DNA of 64,000 nt from the NCBI GenBank assembly GCA_964035545.1, contig OZ037768.1, forward strand, positions 11,812,741-11,876,740, in the 5' to 3' direction. The position numbers were made by a program, and so were the translations under genes. Positions 1-15,300 of this stretch are shown here, one piece after another (the first letter of the stretch is position 1; the number at the start of each line of letters is the position of its first letter). This DNA comes from Bugula neritina. Lineage: Eukaryota; Animalia; Bryozoa. The notes under the pieces were generated by a model. The model saw only the letters and a program-made list of their open reading frames with translations, did no database searches and was not told the DNA's origin.

Positions 1-399
1 ATTTTCAATGATTTCCTGATACTAAAGCATCTTAAAATATTTTGGAGAGATTAGATTGTTAGTTCGTTTATTTAAACAGTTCATGTTCATGTAAAGCTAG
101 CTGTTTTATAGTGATTGCTTTTTCTAGTAACCTAAGTAATTTATTACTAGTTGCTACGACAGTAGCACTATAAGGTGTACAGAGCTCTAAGCTTATACAC
201 ATTTTGACTGATTGAAGTATAGCTGGAGGGCTTTTCAATAAAAACACTGAACACTCCTATTTGTGAAATTCAATAGTTAGTCGTATAACCTGTTAAATTT
301 ATTCAGACACCCTGCCTCTGTAAGCATTAGGTTTAATGAGTGGTTAAGTTGAAATGCACACCCTTCTTGGTTATATTAACAGCTACTTGTTTCTTGCAG

Positions 400-3300
400 C
401 ACTGGCTTGATGCCACGAAAAAGATCAAGAAGCAAGTACAAAGTAAGTGAAAGTGGGTGTGAGATTTTTGGCTCTTTCATTTAGTAGAATTTTTACAATG
501 GAACATAATATCATGCAGCCAAAATAGTATTACTTGATTATATTATGTTACTACATCTTTCTGATGAGATAAACTAGTGCTGTGCCAACTCTTCGTATTC
601 CTAGTCTATAGAGCCGGCACGATCATAGAAGTTGAGAAAGACACCAATGTGTCATTACGTTTCCTTAGCCTACCATCTATAAAACATATATTTACTGAAT
701 AATATTGCAATGTTTCCAACTGCCACAGTAACCAGGGCAGTGTCCCCTGAAGCTGATATAAATATTCCTGAGTAGTTAGTTATTCTTCTAATTAATAATT
801 TTGTCATTATGGGTTTATGACTAAGCCTGATTAAATTGTCACCATCAAAAGTAATGAAGTCATGAAAACCCTATACAACAGACTCCATTTTGTTTGCCAG
901 CATGCATCCGCTGTAACAGACTGCATTAAATTGGCAATTGAAAAAGCTGCATTAAATTTACTACCTCCATTTTAAGTTATTATTAAGTTTGCAAAACAAA
1001 TCAGCAGTACTTCTATATTTGAATGTATAGTGTACTTAACAGTTGGTTGTTTACAAAAAACGGAAATAGCTCTATTTTTGGCTGTCCCTGATTAAGCAAC
1101 ATATAATACACTGCAGCCAGCAGATGTGTGTTGCAGAACATAGGAGTTGAAATCAGCTTCGTATGTTAACATAATGCAGTAACTCACTGTGAAGTATGAA
1201 AAGAACTTTCACTGCCAACATCGGCCTGTAAACCTTTCAGTTATATAGAAAGATTAACTGCATAGCCTGCATAGCTTGGTCTCACTGTTTACTTTACTAC
1301 TCAAATGTGCGATTATATTAGCTGAATGCATACCTCTTCAAGTCATAACTCATTTTAAATCTAGATGCATCTAGATTCCGGATGCATTTGCGACTAGGAA
1401 TCTCGTGTCAACTTTTTGGTATATGGGTAAAATCACCAATCTTTCGAGACTATAACTGAGAATAGCCATGTATTTGGAACAAGCCAAGTGTGTCTGGTGA
1501 CTAGTAACTCTACGTTGTATACTAATGTGCCCTTGTATTCACAACTTACTGACCTAAGGCCAAGTGTTTTAGAACTGTAGCTGCAGTACAAACTGTATCT
1601 TCACTCCAGTCTCTACGCTTCAACAAAGTATAATTAAAGCAGAGGGTGTCTAAAGTAGCATTACTGCACCCGGGTGATGCAGCATTGAGTCATAGATGTA
1701 CATTTATAGATAACCTGGAACTAATTTACAATGTATGAGATGCAGCCTCAGTAAGTGTGCTGCTCGAACTGTACATGTGTGATGCTTGTGAAGTGGTACT
1801 TTGTTACTAGACTTGTTGCATGTTGCGATGAATGCCTGCGTAGGCTTTGAGTTTGAATTCATTTAATGAAGTCAAAGATAAATACAATGTTTGGCCTTTA
1901 GTAAACAATAAACTTTGTATGCATGTTATGACTGTATTATTATGTTTGTGAAATGAAAATTTCAAAGCTTTTTCTTAGCATAAGTTTATAAATGATGATT
2001 TTTGTTCTTTATTTGTTGGCTTTTTAAGCAATTGCCAAGTTTTCTTCTTTTTTTCTTGCAGTTGGACCTCCATTTACTCTCAGACTTCGAGTTAAGTTTT
2101 TCCCCACAGAACCTTCAGCTTTGAAAGAGGAGCTCACGAGGTAAGCTTACTTACTGTTTGTGGAACTCCGTCAGTTTTCAACTAGCTATTTTGTAGCGAG
2201 GGTGATTTTAGAAAGTAAAACGATCTGCAGAAATCTATAATTTTAAATTAAGCATTTTTCAGTTTAAGTTTCTACACTTGGAACTTATTTTCCCAGCTGG
2301 TTACCTGCTTTGCCTGGTTGTATGTTCCTAAAACCTTTCTGGAATTAGCTGGTTAGCTGTTGTCAACTGTAATTTTGTTTTAAAATTTATCCCAACTTTA
2401 ATGGGTTGGAGTGAATCTCAGAAAGGTGGGATTTGTTATGTGATCAGATCAAGGCAAGGTTATTTTACTGTCTATTCATTAAAGTTTAATTTTGTCTCTA
2501 GGTACCAGTTTTTCCAGCAATGTAAATCAGACATTCTGAATGGAACATTAACATGTCCAGATGATGCAATGGCTGTTGAACTTGCAGCTTACGCTCTACA
2601 ATGTAAGTATTGAGAGTTTATATTGTATGACGGTGTGATTCATGCGATTCACAATTTCAAGCATGATTTACTCATACTTGATCCACATGCTTACTGCAGC
2701 TTTTAACTCTGGGTATAAGTAGAGTAGTACTAGTATGCTCTAAGTAGAGTAGTACTAGTACTGTATACCCAAGTAGAATAGTACTAGTACTGTAGGCACT
2801 AAATAGAGTAGTACTAGTAAACTCTAAGTGGAGTAGTACTAGTATGCTCTAAATGGAGTAGTACTAGTACTGTATACCCAAGTAGAATAGTACTAGTACT
2901 GTAGGCACTAAATAGAGTAGTACTAAGCAGGCTGAGCAAGACCACCAACATTGCTTTACTGACAAAAATAGTTCTGTTTTTCTGCAAACTACATAATTAC
3001 CGGGGAAAGTCTCTGCTTTAATTTGGGGGTACAATATCGTTCAAAATACACGGTTCCATTATCCAAATGGTAGTCCAGGAGTCTGGAGGTTGGTTTACTT
3101 TTAATTCTAGAACGTTTATTTTATAGGTCTACAGTCGTCAAAAGTTCCAAGACTCTTGTTTTAGATGCTTGGGGATTTTTAATAGCAAAGTTTGCATATA
3201 TACTTGAGTATTTTTATGTTTCAATGCGAGGAGTAGAAAACATATATTCCTACTTTGTCTTTAGAGTCTTGCACTTGGTATAAGTTCTAGTGACCTTGTA

Positions 3301-6300
3301 ATACCAACTGGACCTGTTGGAACACATATTTTTCCTAAAAGTTGTTACCTTGAGTTATTACCTGCAACTGTCTGTAACTAGACTTTAAAACTATACCGCG
3401 ATACAAGTGGCAAGTTAGCATAATTCTAGCAGACAAATTATGCAGAATTTATAGCAAAGCACTGAACAAATTGGCTCATTTATTTCTATGATTAAATTAT
3501 TTTGCGCCCAGCCCATTGTTTCCTATGTTGGTATACACTAACATATATATAGACTAAACAACTCATTATTTCTCTCTACTTCTGAATCCGGCAGTTGGCC
3601 ATGTTTAAAGTTGGTTGTGCTTGCTATTTTTACATCAAAAAATCCTTTTTTATACGATTGCTTTAACCTAGCCAGTAGGGGATCAATGGTAGGGTCAACC
3701 ATCATTAGATTTTGACAATTCACTCTTCTGTTATTAGCTTGATCCTAACTTGAATATTCTTTAAAGGCAGGTACAACTGTTCTACCAACTCTGTTTCTAT
3801 TAGTTGCAAATTATTTCACAGTCTAGGCCCAAAGTGTGAGAATCTTCCAAACAGGTGGGGGGGGAGGTAAAGGAAGCTATCCATTATTTCACACAAGATA
3901 TTTGCTATACTTTTATTTGAATATATGTTTTGTCATTGCTTAGCTGAGCTTGGAGACTTTGACGAAGAAGACCACACTCCAGCTTTCATATCAGAGTTTC
4001 GGTTCATGCCTAATCAGTCGGAGGAAATGGAGCTTGAAATCTTCAACAAATACCAGTCATTAAGGTTAGACAATGCATAGGTTGTTGGGTGTGTGTGTGT
4101 GAGCGACAGCTGTAGGAGATAATCTGCCAGTTGCTGCCTTATCAGTGTGATGAGCTCCGTATAATGCTTTAAGTAAGGACACATTAATTGTAGCAGGTTC
4201 TTCGGTTCCCAATTTTAAAAAGAATTTTCTTCATGAATTGAGAAATTTAATCTCAAGCTGCTTCTAACAAATGACAGTTGATGACTGAAGCTAAGAACAG
4301 CGTTGCTGTACTACTTCTGTGAAGTATATTCTGTAAAAACAGTAAAAGACTCACAAGTTGCCCAATAAACTTTCTTTTTTAATATTTTTTTAAAAGCAAA
4401 TTAGATGAGCCATTTGCAAGATGCCAGTGAGTTTGGTTAATAAAAATCAGCTTTTCCAGTGACATATCTAATGCAATTGCACATGGTGTATTATCAGCAA
4501 ATAGAAATGACAATCAATACTCACAAATGTAAAATATTATTGATTATTTTGAAAACTAGAATATAGGTAGCAGGTAATTTTGTGGGAAGCTAGGACTAGT
4601 TGCTAATGCTGAGTATAGTGTCAGCATGATATTTAGCAGTTCTTCGGTGAAGTTCAGTTCATATACACCGCTGCCTTTCCTCCATTCTTCTGGTATTCAC
4701 TACTTGCACACGCAGAATATTCTACCCTCACAATACTCAACTCAAAAAACAGTGCCCTACAGATCCAGGTTTACAGAATTTCTATTTCTAAGTCATGAGT
4801 TGCTATGCTACTACTAACTGACTAATAACTAGTTCAATGGTGTCACACCTTACCACATATGGGTCGGTTGGCTGATCAGTTACATATATTTTCATTACCA
4901 ATTAGTTTGGGAAACTTTTTATCGTGAAATTATTCAATGACAAAAATTTATCAAATTGCCATTCTTATCACGTCGATAGAAATATGCAGTACATTGGTAT
5001 GACTCAAGAGATTGTACGACATATCTAGTAAACTCTGTGTTACTAAAGTGGAAGTACCAAGCACCAACTACATTTCCCTTTGAATAATGAATATTTGGTT
5101 CGTTTGATGCGCGATTCTAAAAATTGAAGCCCACAAAGCTGTGTAAATATTGAGCAGGGTGGTGACAGTGTACGACTATTGCTGCTTACAAATGTTTATT
5201 TTATATTTAGTTTATTAAATTTCCCAAAGGCTTGATTTTCTACCTTTTATTACAGATTTTTTACTAGGTTTGAAATTCTGAGTTAAATGCCCCCACACCT
5301 GGGCTCAGCTCAGGTGTGGCTGCTGTATCATGATATCAATGTAGAGGAGTTACTGAAGCAGTTGTCGGTACTGTTGAGGAAATAGTCACCATCTGGCAAA
5401 CACTTCTTTTTATCAGCTGTGATTAGAGATTTGTTGACTGCAATAATGTTCTCACTCACCAGTCTAGTAGTTTTATAACTTTAGAAGCTCATGGTAATGG
5501 TATTGTTATAACATGGGTACAGTTTGTGGCACGGGATTTTTCACAAAAAAAACTTTCATTGCTGTTGAAAAGTTTACCTAATTTCAGATCAACTATATTG
5601 GACCCTTCAAAGTTTATAAGTTTCCTTTACGATAAAACTAGAGCAAATCTCGTATATTTTTTTAGTTACCTGAGCATCTACTAAAATGTTGACATCACAT
5701 TTATTCCCAAGCCGCTTTTATCTTATTCTTATTAACAAATATTTGCTGGCACTTGATTACCCCCACCATTGAGTTATAAAGGCCGGGTTATACAGTATGC
5801 ATGGGATCATTGTGTTCAAGTTCTCTTCTTAGAGTGAGGTGATAAGATTGGCATACTTTTACCCCCACTATCATCTTTAGAGTCTGGTATCTAAGTAAAT
5901 TTACATCCTTATTTTTAGGCCAGCAGGTACTTTGCAAAAGTTTCACAAATTGACGGAGTTTTTTCACCATAAAGTTTGGTGTTGCTTGCTTTTCACTATT
6001 TTAGTCATTTCTTTTTTCTAGAACTAGCCTTCCCGGTGCCCTGTTATCACTGCAATGGCTGTGAATATTCCTTTCTGTCTCCATCTCATAACACTAAGTC
6101 CCTGCTAATTCTATAGCTTCCACCAAAAGTTCTGAAGCCTTAGCTACATTCTAATTTTTATAATAAGGTTAATGACCAATCATGATGCAGCAAGCTGCAT
6201 CCACAGTATCAGTCTTCAATCAGCTTGTTGTATTGTATCTTATTGTAATGTATTATATTACTATACAGCATTATACTATTGTATTGTCAACCCGTACTTG

Positions 6301-9300
6301 TATACATGTGTTACATCTTACAAGTGTCTCTCCTACTGCAGTATACTGCTTTGTCAATAACAAATATTGATTTTAAAATTCACAGTTCAATCTATTTTTC
6401 AACAACCATACCAGCTAAACGCTGTACTGTAACAGCTTAGTGTGAGCGTTTACAATGGTTATTTGATATAAATTTTTAGCTTGTAGAATTTAGACTGCAC
6501 AATCTTATGCTGTAATGTCCTGGGCCACAATCTAAACATTGAACCCAATCTTTGTAACAAGAACTTGTGTACATTTTAGTGGCCAAAGGATGACTCCAGA
6601 TAAGGCTGAGCTGCAGTACCTGTTGAAGGTGAAGCGACTAGACATGTATGGTGTGGACATGCACTACGTCCTGGTGTGTATTTCTTCCCCACAGGGATTG
6701 CTTGTTTACCCTGTAGCCTCAATTACATGTTACTTTTCAAACTTGCTCTCAGCTCTCTCTATGCTAAAACACAATGAAGTTTGCCAAAATTGTAATGTTC
6801 TGTATTTATCATAATTTTCAACCATTCCGTATTAGGTTTTGTTGTACTCAATTTAGCCTTTTGCTTTTGGTTCAAAAAGTACATCATGTAAATGTTTTGA
6901 GATGTTGTAATCTGTATGACTTTGCAGGGCCGTGATGGTCTTCCTTATAAACTGGGTCTGACTCCAACTGGGGTTCTGGTGTTCGAAGGAGAAGAAAAAA
7001 TAGGTCTATTTTACTGGTAAGTGTTGAGTTAAAGTATGTAACTTACAGACTGTGTCTATCTCTGCTGACCTTTCATTGGAAAGCAGCAAGTAAAAAGCCC
7101 ATCTGTTTTGTAATGTCAGCTAGGAGAGGTGCGAAGGAAGCATAATATTATATAAAAACATTAATTTCTTCTAAAAAAAACCCTGATTTTGTAAGGATAT
7201 TTAATCACTTCAGTAAGATGCTGTACCAGTCACAGACACCCGTAGTTTTTCATGAGCATTTAATCTTAGGTTAGGATTGTTACTGTGAGAATTGTATATT
7301 TGATATGCCAAAACTAACACAAAACCTATTTTTTTGTCTTCCACCATTTATTATCATTCTGTCTATCAAACTGCCTGTCCAACTAGCTAGAGTTTGACTG
7401 CTGGTGGTAGTGAAGTGTGGACATCTTTTGATCTCTCAGTAGTACTAGTAACTATGTGTATATTACTAGTTACTGAGGAGTAGTACTAGTTACTGAAGAG
7501 TAGTACTAGTAACTATGTGTATATTACTAGTTACTAAGGAGTAGTACTAGTTGCTAAGGAGTAGTACTAGTTGCTGAAGAGTAGTATTAGTTACTGAGTA
7601 TAGTACTAGTTACTGCTAAATAACAAAATACTCAGTCTTGTTCTTTTAGTCTATAAACTTAATATAAGACTGAAGTTGATCCGATAGATGGTAATTATGA
7701 GAATTCTCCAGGCACAGAGGTTTTAATATATTATTTGCTATCCGTAATTTATACAATTTGTTACTCAATTTTTACCCTAGGTAGCTATTCTCATGAGTTT
7801 GGCTGGTTAAGTATTGGGCATATTTTGTTGTCTATTCAGCAGGTTTCCTACCTCCATACAACGAGAGTTGGCTATCTACCTTCCTGTATTTCATAGCTGT
7901 TGGTGTTTCTAGCTGACTAGTTCATACTGACTGATAGTAGGCTAATAGAACTTATAATCTTAATATGACAGTTTCCCAGCAATCAACTGTTCCCCTCTAT
8001 TGTAATTAATAGGTGTACAGCTGTCATTGGATTAAGTTATTAGCTCCTTGACGGGTTAGTGTTTAATTTGCATCTCTGCTAGTAAAAATATACGGTTGAT
8101 ATGTTATATTTTCTTTGTTTTATCTTGTAAAAAGACGAATTGGAAGGTTTTGACTAAGTTATGTTAAGCTATTAGTACTTGAGTCCCTTTGACAACCAAG
8201 TGGTGTAATCTAGTGGGCTTGTAGAAAAGATGAAACTTGCATCAAGTTTGAGTAGGTCCTAGCTGAAAATCTCTAAAACAACTAAGCAGTTGTTATGAGG
8301 GGGGGGGGGGGTAATGATGTTTCAATTTCTATACAAATTGGTTTAGAATTGTAAGTCTATAGAAAAATTTTGAACAAAAATTTTTAAAGAAAACAGTTTG
8401 CTAATTCATTCTGTAGCCTATTATATACTGTTCATAATTTGCATATATGTAAATCATGAATAGTAATTATATTGCTGTTAATTTTGCTCATTTATTCTCA
8501 CTTGGTAGTGTGACTCAGTATGAAATTAGCAGCTTACCTGTTTTTCCATAACTGATATATACAATACACAATTCATGGTATTGACTAGGGATCTGTTACC
8601 TTTAGCTCATGGAAGTGACATATGATAATTACCTACTGGCACATATCTCAGACTTGGTGTAAGGGAACGAAAAAGAGTTTTAGCTGACTGCATAATAATG
8701 CAACTCTCTTAGGAGTTGAGATTTTTTGGTTCACCAGACTACACTATATTTCTTTTATTCCATTCGGCACCCTCACCACTGTACAACAACTGTACTTGAC
8801 TGAATCATCATGGACCTATTGTAATTTGCCTGTTCTCTTCTAATACTGATAGCTAACCACACTATGGTGCTCTTTTCCGTGCCTAAACAATAATTTGATC
8901 TTGAAATTCGAAATGCTCTTAAGTTTTTAGAAATAAAAGGTGCGGTTTCAGGTTTGTACTCTTGTTTGTAAGAGGCAGAATAATTGTTTAGAAAGAAGCT
9001 GCTGGACTTGCAGAGTGAGTCATTCGATCACATCATGTCGAAGTTACCTTACCTTGGTTAAAGACCAGTTTTATTGGAGTATTTATTAAATTGTTAGAAT
9101 CAAAGTGGCTGAAAATTATCTTGACTCTTCTAACAATCAGGTTTCTGGTAAATAACTCAGTAGCAGATTAACTTGGGGTACTTACTTAGTAGCCTAGAAT
9201 AACTATTATTTCCTATTTTAAACAAACTACTGGTAATTAATTTCTAGCAGTTGCAGGTAATAGCAGAACTCTACAGTGTGTGTTACTGTCACTTCAATGT

Positions 9301-12300
9301 GACCTTCGATTGTTTGTAAAGTCATGTAAACATTTTTAGCTTCGACTCTAATGTTAAATAAATATAGCACATGTATTATAATAGCTATGTAGAAGTGGAG
9401 TGACACTACGCGATTGCTTTACTGCTTTAGTATTTCTCTACTTCTGTCTAAATATTTACACACATATATACCTATACATACATATACTGTTTAGATTTAA
9501 TAAATTGTAGATGGGAGTTGCCCTGCTATGGGAAAATAGTCAGTCATTCTTCTGTTAATCACTGGCGTTTGTTTTATAAGCTAAGATACCACTGAAACTC
9601 AATATCCATTGTTCACCATTTTAATTCAATTGTTCAGTTTTTTTATTAGCAAATACTGCTCACTGCTACTAACTGTAGCTCTTGCATTACCACAACTAAT
9701 CATAAGTGCAACAGAGAATGAATGATTGGATAATGTAAAGCTAATTTTCTTTCTTTACTGAACATAAGTGTTTTTTGCTTTTAATAAGGTCCTGCTTATA
9801 CTTCAGAGTTTAGTACCTTACCATCTTGGTGGGTGTGGTTTGTGTACTATTCCAGAGCATGTTTGTTGCAGTAATTGCTTTCTCTATTTGTCATAATAAA
9901 CTGATTATAGAGGTATGCTACCTGCTCACAGCTGCCTGGTTCAAAGTCCTCCAAGTCTACGTTGTCATAGCTAAATAATAAATGTTTATTTTGTGAATAA
10001 TTCCTGCTTGGAATAGCTACTGTGTCGGCATCATGCTGCTTTAGTGACAGTGTCATATTAAATCTCACCATTTCACTGTCTCTCTTGTTTTCTTTAGCTA
10101 GTAATGTTTACATGTGTCACTGCTTAGGGACACCTAACCGTCTGCTAGAGCTAAGCCTGATCTCATACATGTATTTGTATTTAAGGTCAACTTTTTGCTC
10201 AAGTTTCAAGTTATTTGCCTTTGTAATAGTCTTTCCTACCCCTGTTTTTGGACATGGATCATTTCAAGTTTCTTATTCAGTAGAGTCCTAAAATATTGGT
10301 ATTTTTGAAAACAGTTTTTAAATCAGATTTTTCCAAGTTCATTCCCTCCAGCCTAGGCATTTGATGACAATTTTTCTCTTTTCAGGCCAAAAATAACAAA
10401 ATTCAATTTCAAGAAAAAGAAGCTCATATTGGTTGTGGTGGAGGACAATGAGGGAATGGAGCAGCCTACAGAAATAAAGCAGGAGCACACGTTTGTGTTT
10501 AGGTATGCCTCGAGTGTAGTAGAAGGGCAAATGCCAAGACATTATTCTAGAAAACTTGATTAGCTCAATGGAGTAGTCTGATAATTGTACACATATCAGT
10601 GTTGACATTATCATACCCTGAGCAGTTCTACCAGTGAACTATAGCCAACGGTTGCAAGATGTAAAGTTCACTTTCTACTTTCTTTTTTTTCTCTGTAAAC
10701 TAAAACTTGCTAGCATGCTGCACCCATAAAATTGAGTAAATTTGGCAACTGTCAGCAGGTGAGTGTGTGGTTTTCTCAATGATTCATCTACTTTGATTAT
10801 TTGGGGTTTATATGGTGGATCAACTTTGCAGAACTGAAAATCCTAAAGCCTGCAAACACCTATGGAAATGCGCCATTGAGCACCACACCTTCTTCAGGGT
10901 CGTAGTTCAGCCTCTTCAGGAGAGATCAAAGCAAGGGTTTATTAGACTGGGTTCCAGATTCCGATACAGGTCGGTTTATACATTCAGATGTAGTTCTGCT
11001 TATCCTAGCTTATACTCTATAGTTTGAAAGAAGTTGATCTCTAGGTTTAACTCAGTGGTAAGTGCCCATGTATTGCTGTGGTCTAGGTGCTTTTTAGCTG
11101 GTAGGTTGAATCCTAATTAGCATACTTAAAGTTTAAATTGTTTCTCTTCCCTCTATCTGACATGGAGACCCAGAAGCATGCCTTGGGGCAAAGTAAATGT
11201 TCATAAGGATTGTTAGGAGTGAATATGTAAGCTAGCCAGTGTGCAAGTCAATCAATGTGTAAGTTAGTTGGTGATAGTGAGTGAGTTTATAACTTGGAAA
11301 ATGTCAGTTTATTTTTACATTATATTTATATTCAATAGACAATTTTAAATAAGTGGGGGACAGTTCAAGCACGTAGTTGTCTAGCTGATGCTCTGTTAAA
11401 TTGAGATGACATATTGTTTATGATGCTCCTTCTGACTTTGTATAAATGTTTCTTATCAGTGGACGCACACAGTTTGAACAACTCAATAAAAACCAAGCCA
11501 GGAGGAGTGTTAGGTTTGAACGACAGCCCAGTAAACGTTTCTCTCGGCGTCAGTCGCTGGAAGCAAAAGATCGTATCAAGCGAAGGAAACCTCCTGCTTC
11601 ACTGGTACAGCTCAACGGGTGAGGCCATCTCAGAGTATATTATAAGTCATCAAATTGGCTGCGTCTTGTCGTAATGTTGAAAAAGGGCATCTCTACTTTA
11701 AATTTCTAGCTTTTTAGATACTTGAAGGTTTCATAATGTAATAAATTGCAGAATTTAGCTAGTTTGTATGTAATAATATTATATTTCATTTTGAATATAA
11801 CTGACATGTGTAAATAATCTCTAGTGTTGAAGTCTTCACCCAGCTACATTCTATAAACTTGGTAATTAAAAACTGCTTTAATTATTTCTTGAACCTTTCA
11901 TACTATTGATGATATTTGGTATATTATAACCGTTCATGCCATGTTAATTATTAGCCAATTGAACTGTAAAGTGTTAGTTCAAGAGATAAACAGCTTCTTA
12001 TTATTGATTTGATTGAAATACATACTTACTATAAGATTGCTTATGATTCAAGGCGGGCAACGTTACAGAGGAGTTGTCCTCTCTAAAACCATAGTTTAAT
12101 TTTATTATTTAAGCCTACAAATTCTAGACTCAAAATCTTGTAAATGGTTAAATTTTTAGTGAAATATGTGGGTTTCTATGTGTGCATGATATTGTTATAG
12201 TTTAATGCCTGCTAGCATTCTACTGCTAGTACCATATCAATGAAATGTATAATATAGATAATAATGTATAATATAAATACTAATATATAATATGAATAAT

Positions 12301-15300
12301 ATTATATAATGTTGACCATGATATATAATACAAATTATAATTTATAATATAGATGAAAATATATAATGTAAATGGTAATATATAATATAAGGGATAATGT
12401 ATAATGGAATTGGTTTTATTTGCTTCACAGTAACATAAAATCTGGTGGGTCGCCACTTGACTCAGCGCCAGCGTGCAATTCTCCCCCCTCGCAGTCTATG
12501 CTCTCCTCCCCTAATGGTGCTAACATGAGTCTGGTAAACGGCAGTGGATCTCCAGAACTCACCTCTCCGATGGACCGACTAGATAATCTCATATCAGCCG
12601 GCAGCATAGAAAGGAGTTCTGGCCGCGACAGAACTTTGTCAGGAAGAGATAGAACTCCTTCTGCAGCTTCTCCCACTGTTCTAGGTAAACACACGCTACT
12701 CTGGCAGATTCAGTGACAGGTATTTGCTGTGAATCAGTAACCAACAATGACTTCAAAGTCCAATTCTTGTTGTGATATCTATTATATAATTATCACTTTA
12801 TGATAAATCTTGGCTAAATGTCATATGAAAGTCTTTATCAAAAATGCTAAACATCTGCCCCTGTAAATAGTGGTTTTCTATTAAACAACAATTTGCAAAT
12901 AATAGAATACCTGTAGTGGCTGATGAATCTACACTTGTGCATCCGGCTGAGCTTTTAGGTTGTAGCTTTACTGTCAAGTTCGTTGATTATCTCCCCCTTG
13001 TATTCTTCCTCGCTGTATTTAAACCTGAACCCGTATTCTTCAGAGCATTCTGAGGCAGCACAGGCTAAGATTAAAGGCTTATCTGACACACCAGTACCTC
13101 CACCTCGTCCGACAAAAGATGTGAACTTATATCAAAATAACCAAGTAAAAGTGATTGGAAATAAAGAGAAAGTACCAATAGAGATCAAGTCTAACATCTT
13201 GAAAGCAAGAGCTGATGAGGAAAAACACAGCGGTGGGTTTCCTTTCTTCTACATATCCTTCAATAATAGTGTCCATATTTTTCTTTTAATCCTGTATTTG
13301 AGCAACTGACAAGTTCTTATTATAAATCTTTCACCCCATCAGCTATAGAGACGCTTGGTACTTGTTAAGGCATTGTTAGTGCTGTTGAAGTATTGTGTAG
13401 AACTCAACCATATGCTAATTATACAGCTATACTTTCCTCTCTCTCTGGTAGGCCTTAGCGGTATATTGCACATAACTAAGCAGATCAGTAAATTATTTGT
13501 CTTTGAAAAGGCTTAGAAAGGATGTTAGGTGTTGAAATCTCAGCAAGTTTTATATTTGAAATAAATTTTATTTCTAATGCCAATTTAGCCTGGCATGATG
13601 GGCACAGAATTGCATTTAGTGCTCCCAGTTGCCTTATATATTTCAAATGAAGTTCTTATTTCTATACAATACCTTAATTTTGTTGATTTATTTAAAACAT
13701 TGAAAATAATACATGTTTGTAAGAGTCATCATGCTGTAGCCTTCCACCTGCATGTAGTTATCTGTTGTCATTGTTTACAGAATGCATCTGCTATGCTCTG
13801 TAGTTTGTATTGTGCCATCAGTCAAGTATGTCAATTGTTTTTACTTGCAATCAGCTTTGCTTTGCAACAATTTTAGTTAAAGAAACAAACACTTTAACAA
13901 GAAATGTAGGGGCTGCCTATCGGGTGGCCCCACAGGAAATGGCTGCAAAGCCTCCTAGGTCTCACTCCATTGGCCATTCTGCTCCAGCTACTGGTCACAG
14001 TGCCAGGCATGGCTTTAGTTTCAGTTCTGATTTACGCTCACAAAATAGTCGGGGACCTCACTACGGCTCCCCTAGTGAGTGTGCACCAAATAGAATAGGT
14101 GAGGCTGCTACTCGCACTAGGTCAGCTTCCTAAACTTCATCTGCTGCTAACGCCATCTTTCCTGGTTGTAGCTCGTGTTCAGCTAAACTCCCTTCCAGCA
14201 ACCAATAGCAATGCTTCTTTGTTGGTCTTTTTTCCCTTTTCCAGGTTCCTAATGCAAAATCTTAATAGTAATTGCTAGCACCTAACATTTCTATATTACT
14301 ATTTGATCAATTTCTTAAACATAGATGTTGCGTGTAGCATGAGTGTAGGTAGCGATAGCAATGTGGTGTGGAAATGTACAGTAACATCACCAGGTGGTTG
14401 GAGAACCAAATGCAAGAGTTGATTTCGCTGTAGCTGTAGAAATGTATGTGTCTTTTCTACTGCTGTGGCTAATGTTCCGTTACTTCTGCTTCAATATGTG
14501 TGGTAAATGTTTTGTTAGGAGGTGCGGTGATGCAGGAAGATGATGATGTGTCAACAGAGTCGGAGGATGAAAGGTAACTACGTCACTTTATTACCTTCTC
14601 TAAACTACTTCTAAATCAGCCCCCTTTTATAATCGTAATTGCCAGCTTTACAATCTATAATGGCAAAAGTTTTTATACCAGTTGGTTGTAGTTATACAAG
14701 TGGATTGTAGACAATAATATGGAATGCTGCTTTATTATTTGCTGAAATTTTTACTGCTGTCACTCTTGTCTCGTCTAGGCAAAGAAGAATTTTGCTTGGG
14801 TTTGTTTTAGTGATTGTTGCATGTTTAATTTGTTGTTTATATGTTCTATTTTTCTTTGGCACATGTTAAATGATCTTCATGCACATTCCTTTTCTCCTGA
14901 TGTTGTTTTTTTGTCAAATTAGAATCTTATTTGTAAAACTAAAAATTTCATGTCTATACGATTTGTTGCTGTAGTATTTGAATATTTTTGTTTTTAATTT
15001 AAGAAAACAGTTTCTGGTAAAAGCATTTCCTAAGCACTATTTTATACCTGCCTGTAGGCTAATGTAAACATTACATCAATTTGCTACGTGTCTGTAACAT
15101 AGTGACGGTTGCATGGGGGAAATTCTTGCAGTAATAATTCTTATTATAATTATATTGCTCTATTCCCTACCATTTCTCTGCACCTCTAAAATTTGTTCTT
15201 ATAACCAGCGTTGAGTCGAATCACGAAGTGTTTGATGAGGATACGGTTGACCTCATCCCTAGAAAGCAAATTCGTAATTTGCTTAGGTAAATCTTCTTCG

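Noticed and set aside
5788-6080. Purine-rich minus-strand segment resembling a retroelement remnant
   Set aside because: No diagnostic RT or endonuclease motif recognisable.
11045-11200. Degenerate tRNA-like head (taactcagtggtaag...ggttgaatcc)
   Set aside because: Too decayed to call confidently without a Dfam search.
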